Origin: Narcine bancroftii
Taxonomy: Eukaryota
DNA: 64,000 nt
NCBI RefSeq assembly: GCF_036971445.1
Contig: NC_091478.1
Coordinates: forward strand, 91,512,001 to 91,576,000
Reading direction: 5' to 3'
The translations under genes were made by a program, and so were the position numbers. Below the pieces are notes generated by a model, which did no database searches, was not told the DNA's origin, and was given only the letters and a program-made list of their open reading frames with translations. Shown piece by piece: positions 50,960 to 64,000 of the stretch (the first letter of the stretch is position 1; each line of letters starts with the position of its first letter).

Positions 50960-52650
50960 TCAATATTTTTATTGTTTTATAGAACAAGCACACATTGTAT
51001 GGAGAATATAAGTTTACCAATTTGAAGAATATAAGTACATTTCCAAAATAAACAATAGTATACCCCTTCCCCATAAAATACAATGTTATCAGAATGACAA
51101 AAAAGAAAAAAAAAACAAAGAACTTTTACCCACTACCGAAAAAACCTGGGATGTTTTGACATAAAATTAAAGGTCGTGTAGTTCTGCTGAATCTATAAAA
51201 CATATAACTGAAGGAAAAATCATTTACATAAATAAATACATTAAATGATCAAGACAAACAGATTTAATGCACACGAAAATAGTCCATAAAAGGACTCCAA
51301 ATTTGATAAAAATGAGTGTTAGCTTTCAACGCAGAACACCTGATCTTTTTCTAAATTAAAGCAAGACGTGACATAACATAACCACTGAGTATTAGTGGGT
51401 GGAACAGGATCTTTCCATCTAAGTAGGATAGCTTAGTGCCATGAGTTGCAAGTAGTATGACTTGATGATGAGATGAAGAAGATAGCTCGTTAATATTGTC
51501 TAACACTCCAAACAAAGCCAATAAAGTATTACATTCAAAATTAACACGCAATATTATTGGCAAAACACGAAAAACTTCCCTTCAATGAGGTTCAAGAGCA
51601 GAATATATGTATCAAGGATGCTTCCCTGTCGTTACATCTGTCACATCAGGGATTTAGATCAAGAAATATAAGGGATAATTTGTCTTTAGGCATGCGAGTC
51701 CAACGTACAACCTCTTATTAATTCTAGTAAAATGATTATTTTACCCAAAATTTTATAACTTTTTATGCAATTCCAGTCTTCATCCCAAGTCATTTTTTGA
51801 TTCCCTCATCTTTATTATATCTTCCAACATTTTGCAAAACAAGTGACCTCGGTTGAATAAGTTTCATTTGCAGAGATCTAAAAGGAACTGAGGCTTGGCA
51901 TTGCCAAATTTTAGATTCTATTACTGGGCAATTAATATATATTTTATCTTGTTTTGGATTCAATACTTTAATAGATTGGACGGCCCAGTTTGGATCTCTT
52001 TGGATTGAGGTCAGCTGAAAAGTTTTCCATTTTATCTTTTTTTTTGGAGTAGCACTTCCTTTTTCTTTAGCTAAAGTTAACAGAATGATAAACTGCCCTG
52101 TAGTAAAACATTCCTTTCGTATCTAGTTTCAATTCAGAAATTTTTTTGATTAAAAAGGTTTTTCCTTATCAAGTTTTATATCATCTAATTATGTATTTCC
52201 TCCTTTTCATGATCAATGTTTGCCATTTGGTATGATAAAGATATTCAGTGTTTTCGAGACTTGTTTGTTGTCTCATGACTTTGGAACAGCTATCAGCGAA
52301 GTTTAATTTAACAAATTCACATTTTTTTTAGCTACAGATCAGAAATATTTTACAGGTTCAATTTCCAAATTTTCCCATGGCTTGTGAATCTAACATGCTG
52401 GATGTAATTTTTAAATTACAACCTTCCAAGAAAGGATTTAATAACCTTTATATATGATATGCTTTCACACTTGAGTCAGGTTTCCCTCCATAAGATTAAA
52501 AGAACATGGGAGCATGATTTACAGTTTTCAAACTCAGACAAAAATTGGGATTTGATTCTTAAATTAGTTAACATTTCTTCACTTTGTGCTTGACATACTC
52601 TTAACCAGTTCAAGGTTGTACATTGGACTTGCATGCCTAAAGACAAATTT
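50960..52650. mobile_element. L1-like LINE remnant with an inverted 5' part
   Basis: Minus-strand 3' end at 50960-51715; plus-strand ORF2 segment at 51870-52650 (GLALPNFRFYYWAIN). A 37-bp stretch is shared in inverted orientation. Confidence 0.65.
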
Positions 52651-53692
52651 ACTGATTTCTCAGTTAACTTTTAACATTTCCCTCACCCATTTTTGTTTGC
52701 AAAATTTTGAAGGCCCACATCTTCATAGCCACTGTTCGAAAGGGATGAACTGAAAAGCTTTGATATGCTGCATTGTGGCTGCGGCCTATTAATAATATTG
52801 AATAATTTACCGTAGTTGAAAGAAGCATAGCTGAAAATCATTGATTGCTATCACTGAGTAAATGTGAAGCTTGAGTATTAGTAAAACAGCTATTTGGTAA
52901 TATCATCCATAATGACCTTGATTTTCCTGTTCCATAACTTTTGATATGTATTTTTCACACCATTCTCAAATGCAATAGAACATAATGCCTGCACGTTGCT
53001 ATCCATAAGTTTTGTTGGAGATTTAGCATTAAAATCTCCATCTGGGGCGCTGGACAAAGTGGCGACCCTCTGTCTGCTTTATGGTAGACAAAAGTCAAAG
53101 AATTTCACGTATGTTACATTCTAAATGTGCTATTACATGACAATAGTGGAACCTTGATCTTTAAAATCTATAAATGGACCAAATGTATGGTCTGAACCAA
53201 TAATCAACACCAAATATGGCAGATAATGATGGACTCACCAGTAAGTGATTTAAAAAAAAATGTCATCAGGACTTGATTAATGTCAAACAATATCTCTGAC
53301 ATGTAATATTTAATTTTACAACTGTAGAGTTTTATTCTTCCAGAATTTAATTATTAGAGGTTGAAAAATATAAAAAAATACATGAAGTTGCTGATCTGGG
53401 CTATGCATGCTATTTGTCCTCTTTAGAGGGTGTTTTGCTGGGAAGATTTACCAATTTAAAATGTCATTCATATCTGTACAAAATTTCATTTGTAAGTATG
53501 TACCTTTATTTATCACTGGTAACTGAAAATTCCAATCCATTTGCGACAACATTTGCTAATGGAAAGCAACCCAAATATCTAAAGACAAATATCAAAGTTC
53601 TAGTTAACAAGATTTTGTAAATGAACTTTAAAATCTATTTGTTTGAAATTAATAGCTTGTAAACTTGGTGTGTTTTCATTTTGTATTTTTAG

Positions 53693-54497
53693 CCACTACT
53701 CTGATCCTTTTATCCCGCACATTCCTGAAATTGAAAATTTCAAAGGACAGACAATGCACAGTCACGAGTACAGGGTTGCTGAGCCTTTCCGAGGGAAGAA
53801 CATGGTGCTGCTTGGTGCTGGTCCATCTGGGATTGACATTGCACTGGAATTATGCTTGGTTGCAAATCAAGTTGTCTTGATATATAAAAATTCATTTATC
53901 TCCTCAGCCTTGCCTCCAAATTGCCAGTTTGTCAAAGGTATAAACAGATTTTCACAGACCGGTGTGATTTGTAACGATGGAACGGAGCACCCTGCTGATG
54001 TATTCATCTTTTGCACTGGTTATAACTACTCTTTTCCTTTTCTTGCAAATGAGGTGGGCTTAAATGTCCAAGATCATAGAGTTACCCCACTTTACAAGCA
54101 CATTGTACACACCACCTTTCCAACTCTCTTTTTTATTGGTCTATGCAAAACGGTCTGCCCTTTTCCTTTGTTCCATTGTCAGGTTTTGTTTGCTTTAGCA
54201 ACTCTAGATGGTACATATAAACTGCCATCGAAAGTTAACATGGATGCAGCCACAGAACATGATTATCAGTTCTGTTTGGAAAATGGAATTTCTCACCGAC
54301 ATTTTCATAAATTGGATAGTCTTCAGTGGAATTATAATGATGAGTTAACCTATTTAGCCAAAACTGATCCTTTACCACCTGTAGTGAAAGATCTTTATGA
54401 GGCAAACAAAGAAATAAGAAAGCAAGACCTGTGCAATTATAAAAGATTTAACTTCAAGATAGTAAGCCATGATACATGGAAAAAGGTAAATCCATGA
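53693..54497 (+). CDS. FMO exon 4 (terminal coding exon)
   Basis: ttttag|CCACTAC. Contains the FMO fingerprint FKGQTMHSHEY (FxGxxxHxxxY), NADPH-binding GAGPSG, FCTGY and PLYKH; stop TGA ends at 54497. Spliced CDS is 212+139+140+805=1296 nt, 431 aa, with no internal stops. Confidence 0.95.
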
Positions 54498-54668
54498 CTC
54501 TTTAAAATTGATTACTACTCACTTAATTTGTGCTACACAGTTACCAGAAGTCTTGCTATAAATTTAAGGTCTGCAGCAAAGACAGAAAAATTGGGAAGAA
54601 AACATTATTAATTTTAATGGATAGAAAATTAGGCAGGTCTTCCTGTCCAGTTATTCTCTTCCCATTGT

Positions 54669-54674
54669 AATAAA
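54669..54674 (+). terminator. Candidate polyadenylation signal of the FMO gene
   Basis: First AATAAA noticed after the stop codon, about 170 nt downstream. Confidence 0.45.
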
Positions 54675-55499
54675 AAAATGATTTAATCACTTGGTATCTG
54701 GAAAACATGCAAATTATTGTCAAAACCGTGTAGATAAGATCTTGAATGTCTACACAAAAATCACTAGTTACTACATTGCATTGATTTGTTTTTCCTTTAC
54801 TAAAAATTGTTTAAAATTCTTTTGCAAGTTTGGACATATTTTGCGGACTTGACCAATAGTACAGAAGTAAGTTTTGTTAAGCAAAGCCCCAGATAATAAC
54901 ATTCGTGTGAATGTTATTCAATCTGATTCTATTTCAAAAGAAATGAGCTATTTTCTTTAGATAATATGATGACAGCACTAATCAATCATTGATTATGTCT
55001 ATAAATACAAAGTAAATGAAACTTAAAAGATAATCCTGTGGATTTTATGTTCAATGAAATAGAGTAGGTCTCTGTTGTACATGTATATTCAGTGACTTTA
55101 GCACTGATCCATACACTAATAAGTACCTTCGTAAGTCAGCATCAACATCCTTTGAGTCATCTATTTGATTTTGAAAATTTGTACCTTAGCTAAAATGTTT
55201 TACCAAATTTGGAACCTCAAAATATTAATATACATGTTTCCTACATTATTGGAACACCATTTTAAAAAAAAACTGTATTCCACTCCCGATACAAAATCAA
55301 AATATTGCACAAGTACTAATCTGGCTAGAAAGTATATACAATTAAATGTATGTTACATCGGTAGAATGTGATAATTATTACAAGTTTGAAAATGATTTGG
55401 GTAAAGAATTACCTATTGAGTAAACATAAAATGGAAATCTGTTTAAAAAAAACCCACATTGACAAAAATATCATTATTAAACGAGTATTGAGATTAGTT

Positions 55500-56150
55500 T
55501 TTTAAAAATTATTTAATTGTTTGTATCATTACAGGAAAAAATTAACAAAACATTAAAAGCAAAATGTATAGAAATCCTCACAGAGAGCTCAGAAAAAGGG
55601 AAAAAAATCTGCAAAAATTAGCAGCAGGGTGGAAACTCGGCCCAAGCGGGAGAATGGCGTGTGGAAAGGAGTAGCAATAAAAGGTGGCGCCAAAGGAAGG
55701 GGTTGTTTCATCAAGATTCTGCAGGCTTTGGGGCTCTACATATATGTCACCATCAGGGCAGGGACATTGTGTGTTTTTCTTAAAGGGGAAGGACTGCTAT
55801 TATTTAAAGAGTCAGATTTTACTGTTAAAAATATTGTTTTAAAGAAGAATATGGATAGAACATTAACATTTATTAGCAATAATGTTGTTGAAATTAACAG
55901 GACGCTGAAGAGAAAATGGGTCTTGGCATACCTTAAAAAAAATTAAAGGCAGATAAAGTCTTTTTACAAGAAACACATCTTACCAAATTGGAACATGCAA
56001 AATTAAAAGGAGGATGGGTGGGGAAAGTCCTATCATCTTAATTTGGATCAAAAGCATGAGGTATAGAGATTTTAATTAATAAAAATATACCAATAACAAT
56101 AGAAGAGACTTTAACTGATCAAGCTGGAAGATTTGTAATAGTACTCATGT
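55500..56150 (+). mobile_element. L1-like fragment (ORF1 end and ORF2 endonuclease start)
   Basis: TLKRKWVLAYLKK..VFLQETHL..GGWVGKV..SKA*GIEILINK, a typical L1 APE N-terminus. Confidence 0.7.
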
Positions 56151-56490
56151 AAACAAATAAATGTACACAAACTGCAATACAGAGAGGGGAAAAAAATCAA
56201 TAAAGTGCAAAAGTAAGAGCCTTTCAATGAGCCCCTGTTTGAATTTATTGTTGAGGAGTCTGACGCTGGAGGGAGAGCAGCTGTTCGAGTCTTGTGGCAC
56301 CTAGGCCTCTTTCCCGATGACAGCAGCGAGAACAGAGCATGTGCTGGGTGATGTGGATGCTCGCTGCTCACTGACGGCAGCGTTCCTGGTAGATGGTGGG
56401 GAGAGTTTTGCCTGTGACATTTTGGGTTTGTCCACAACCTTTTTCAGAGCTTTATGCTCAGGGGATTTGGTGTCCCCAAACCAGACTATG
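56130..56490 (-). mobile_element. Rex1/Babar 3' end
   Basis: PHHPAHALFSLLSSGKRPRCHKTRT; same family as 1240-2175. Confidence 0.75.
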
Positions 56491-56849
56491 ATAAAGATAC
56501 AGAACCAACGTTTCGGGCTTGAACATTTCTTGTGTATCTTCATCTTTGCAATATAAAGTTTGACCTGCTGAGTTTCTCCACTATTGTGTTTTTACTTCAA
56601 TCATGGAGTCTGCAGATTGTCCGGTTTTATTTCTTTTTGTGTCTGGTCTTTTGCAGATGTTCTCGTTGTCCTTTACTCATTGATCAGATAACCCTTTTCC
56701 AGCTTATTCACATGGTCACCCATCCTTCCTGCAGCTCTTCATTTCAGTTCTGGCTAATGATACGTGGCTTTGGTTTGTTTCTCTTTCCACAGCTGCTGCC
56801 CGACCTGTGGAGTATTTACAACATTCTGTTTTGTTTTAAACCTTTTGCG

Positions 56850-60300
<3,451 letters not shown>

Positions 60301-60399
60301 CCACCATCTCTGGAACTCTTCATCGACTTGCCACGTTATTGTGAATTGTAGAAGCGGAGTATAAGTGAGGTTTATATTTTTATTGTGTGATCTGAGTGA

Positions 60400-60920
60400 C
60401 TTAAAAAGCCATTCGGCCCATCGATTCAATGCTGCTCCCAGCAGGGCAACTCCATCCGACCCATCTTCAGTCTTATTTCCCTGTAACCTGTTCTCTTTTA
60501 TATTGCTCTCAACTCCTCTGAATTTCCTGGCATTCAACCTACACTGGTGGAAATTTACAGTAGTCATTTAGCCTACTGACATGTCTTCAGGATGTGGGAG
60601 AAAACCCCTCACATGGGAAATCTGAATTCACAGAGAGAGGATTCAGACCATACATCCACTGCAAACTCTGAATTCAGAGAGTTTGCAGCGGCAATCATGC
60701 TACCCTTGTTCATCACTGGCGACCCGGTACAAGGCTGTTAGAGTTTCCGCAACCACAGTTCGAATCTGGCGTTGTCTGTAAGGAGTTTGTATGTTCTTCC
60801 TGTGTTCCAGTTTCCTCCCACCCTTCAAAACATACAGGGGCTGGAAGTCAATTAGGGATTTGGGTGGCGCCAGCTGTGGGCCTAAAGGCCTGTTACTGTG
60901 CTGTATGTCTAAACTTAAAA
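60400..60920. mobile_element. Two HE1-like SINE copies in opposite orientations
   Basis: ttgtctgtaaggagtttgtatgttcttcc..gggcctaaaggcctgttactgtgctgtatgtct (plus); tagcctactgacatgtcttcaggatgtgggagaaaacc (minus). Confidence 0.6.
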
Positions 60921-62402
60921 AAATCCTTAAAGGGAGATGAAGATTAGGAAAATATTATATATTACAAAAATGTCTTATATTCTTCACTGATTATCAAAAG
61001 TTGTTAATAAGAGCATGCAATCATACGATGTCCGTTTCCGCTGAATGGGAATTTCATTTAGAAGCATTTACAAAGATAGAAATCTCTCATAACCACAAAA
61101 GTGAACTTGCAAGTGATCTCAAGGTTTGTGCTACTCCACTTAAGATTTTAAACCTCAATGATCAAAAGTTTACATAACTGGGAATAGAAAAAAAAAATGT
61201 ATTTCACAGGATGGAACAACCCTTTCAATGTGAATCAGAGCACTAACTGCCCCCTTATATGGAGCAGTGAAGGAAATATGCTGATCACGACAGTAAACCA
61301 TGAGAAGAATTAAACCATGCTGAAAAAAATGGCAGGAATATTAAAATTGTTTTGCTATTGATTATAAAAATTTAGCACTTTCTTCATTTCATCAAGAAAC
61401 TGCTATTATGTTTTAAGCATTCCGTACAATGAAGTGGAACAAATGCCTTATGTAAAACTGAAATACCTTGGCTTGAAGCAACTAAACAATCATAATACTG
61501 GATTTTTTTTTCAAATCTGCTACTTAGCAATTACTTGAAACATTTTTTTCTTTGTTGTTTCACTGGAGGATAACAATTATGTAGCAACTGGACTGAGATA
61601 AAACTATAAATAAGAAATATAAAACAAAGAGTCTAGAAGTTTAAAATTATAAACATTTAGCAGTAACCTCCAAAGTCTTCAATAATATGAACATGAAACA
61701 TGTAATTAGAGTGATAATTAATAGCCATTTATTCATTAAGTAGTAATTCAGGTAAAACACAAGCATTTTCAAAAATCACAATATCTGGGCAAATCTCATT
61801 GCAATCAAGATATTATTTTTATATAACCTACCTTCATATAATTTAAGGATAGGGTTATGGCACCAACTTTTTCAAAATCATAATATCTGAGCAGATCTCA
61901 TTACAAACAAGATATTGTTTTTATGTAACATAGTTTATAAAATTTAGGGGTACAGCACATTAACCGGCCCATGAGTCCCCAACACCCAATTACACCCATA
62001 TGATCAATTAACTTACAAAAACTACCCTTTGGTTTATTCAATATCATTTCAATCCCCATCAGCCTTCATTTTAAAACTCCTTCAGTATGAAAATCTTCTT
62101 AAATTTAATATTGTTTCATTAAAGTATTTTTGAAAGTCTGTAGTTAAACAATGATTTTCAGAGGATATTTGAAGTAAAGGGTTTTGGAGAGCAGCTCAAA
62201 GTTATTCTCATCCAAAAAGCCAAATTGCAGGAAAAGCAATCTGCAACTCTGGTTGACTTTTCCAAAACTAAAGATGTTGAAGCACATTGTAACACTCTAA
62301 CTGTCCAAGAGATGAGCACGATCTTTGTACTTACTGTCTGACCACTCAGCATTGTCCAAAGAACACAGGCAGAACTAAATTGGAAGATTTTCTAAAGGCT
62401 TT

Positions 62403-63398
62403 TGTTACGAACCCAGAGGACCCCAAAACCCAGCAGCAATAGAAATTCATCAAGACAAATGGTTACTTAAACAAAAGTTGCTTTTAATTTTCTTTTAACA
62501 TAAAAACAGGATCAAACTTTAATTTATTACTATTACCTTAACCTAATTTAACCCCCTTCTAATTCTAAGCTCACGTGTATGAAATGTGTATATGTTCAGT
62601 AAAGTCCTTTGCTTTAATGATCCAGTCATTCACTTCACACTTCTCCAAGTTCACCGGTATCAGGCAATTCTTATACAGTGCACAGAATTTAACATTTATG
62701 GAATTTTGCCCAGGCTGCGATGCTTACAGGTAAATGGTTACCACTCAGGAAGGTTCTTGTTGGTTTCAGAGAGATATTTGTTGCTCATTGAACACAAACA
62801 ATATCTTGCTGAAGAAACTTGCCCCATCGTGGGTTTTCCAAATGATAACCTCTTCTTCCAGGGCACCACAGAGTTCCTCTTGTTTCCCTTATTTCAGGAG
62901 AAACACTCTAGCCACCCATTTCCTCTTGCAAGGACTACAAGGTTTTTCACCAGGCTGAATTCAGAACTTGTGACCCATCTTCAAAATGGGGTTTTCAACA
63001 AGCCTGCCAACTTGCCATGTTGCAGTCTCAAAAGCCACTTTAGAACTCAGTTCTCTCTCCCTCTAAGAGAAATCCTGTTTTCTTTCCCCTCTCTCTCTAC
63101 TTGTAAAAACCACAACCCTTCCCAAGGCTCCAAATCCAATCCTTGAAGATCTTCATCAGCACTTGAGCCCGAATTTCTCGATTTGCTCCTGTTTTTGAAG
63201 TTCCTTCCAAAGCAGTTCCATTGTCTCTTACAATGCCGCTGGTGCCTGAATGTCTTGCTTCAGCCAAAGCTCTTTCATTTAAAATGAGATGTGAAGTGTA
63301 AGTATCTGTTTGTGAAATGACCTACACTAAACCCCCACAATCTATCCCTTTTAAAAACATATTTATGTATAATATAATATATAATGTAACTGGTAACA
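62403..63398 (-). mobile_element. Solo LTR (about 1 kb) in JPH3 intron 1
   Basis: TGTTAC...GTAACA inverted termini; first ~450 bp homologous to the 33329 copy; flanks cttt/catt (TSD with one mismatch). Confidence 0.8.
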
Positions 63399-64000
63399 CA
63401 TTTCTAAGAACTGACTAATATTCTTTCAATTAGAACAACCAGTACAACAATTACCTTGGTTCCATTGAAGCATATAATATTTTAAGCCAAAGTTTCTTCT
63501 CTGTACTCAATTGGACAATTGAAATGATGTTTACTGTTTGGCAGTAAAGGCAGAAACCTACTGCTAGAAATCAAATCTAAGGCCTATTTACATTTTTTTT
63601 GTTATGCATGGTTGATGATATTCTTCAGAGACCCATTGAGGAGTAATTTAATAAAGATTATCTGAAGTTGTCCGATTTTTGAATACTCCTGAATTGCCTC
63701 AAAACATGTTGCTTTAACATTATAATTTAAGACCATCATATGGCAGGCTGTAATCTAAATATGTAGCCATCTCTCTGTATTGAATTTTTAAAGTACATGA
63801 ATATTGTATTGACCATATTTTGTGAAACCCATAATTTGTTTGAAAAATTATATGCAACATAAACATGTAAAATAATTCCAAAACAATTTCAACGTAAGTC
63901 AAAAAGAACATTTATAATCAATTTTCCTTTCCCAAACGCTGCATTGCAATTCCCTAATCTTACTGCAACGTATAAGCCAATTTTTCCCTGTGACACAATG

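Noticed and set aside
53643-53692. ORF-track N-terminus of the 284-aa FMO ORF as a standalone gene
   Set aside because: These bases are the intronic polypyrimidine tract and acceptor; the FAD-binding N-terminus is supplied by exons 1-3.
39549-54497. Recent bacterial horizontal transfer or contamination as the source of the FMO
   Set aside because: It has three canonical GT-AG introns filled with host transposons and a host-like composition.
62586-63146. 186-aa ORF
   Set aside because: Lies wholly within a solo LTR; the homologous region in the 33.3-kb copy is not open in the same way.

Overview
Repeat-rich vertebrate genomic DNA. The repeat repertoire (HE1-type V-SINEs, CR1, Rex1/Babar, Penelope, L1-like, RTE, Gypsy) points to a cartilaginous fish, probably a batoid; this is an inference. 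Three host genes can be reconstructed with canonical splice sites. (1) ZCCHC14 on the minus strand: coding exons 1-3 at 28527-27955, 9383-9272 and 5120-5047, continuing beyond the left edge, with a CpG-island promoter at about 28-29.5 kb. (2) A complete, intact 4-exon, 431-aa flavin-containing monooxygenase on the plus strand (39549-54497) of the soluble 'FMO GS-OX-like'/insect-FMO type. (3) Exon 1 of junctophilin-3 (JPH3, 58386-58767). ZCCHC14 and JPH3 are divergent neighbours in human, so the FMO sits inside a conserved syntenic pair; this is the most interesting biology here. The rest is mostly decayed transposons, several with readable mechanistic signatures: solo LTRs with TSDs, a multi-layer nested insertion, an L1 5'-end-only insertion with a 15-bp TSD, a template-switch duplication, a twin-priming inversion, and Penelope fold-backs with hammerhead-like cores. 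There are no prokaryotic systems or CRISPR arrays. Transposon boundaries are approximate unless a TSD is stated.
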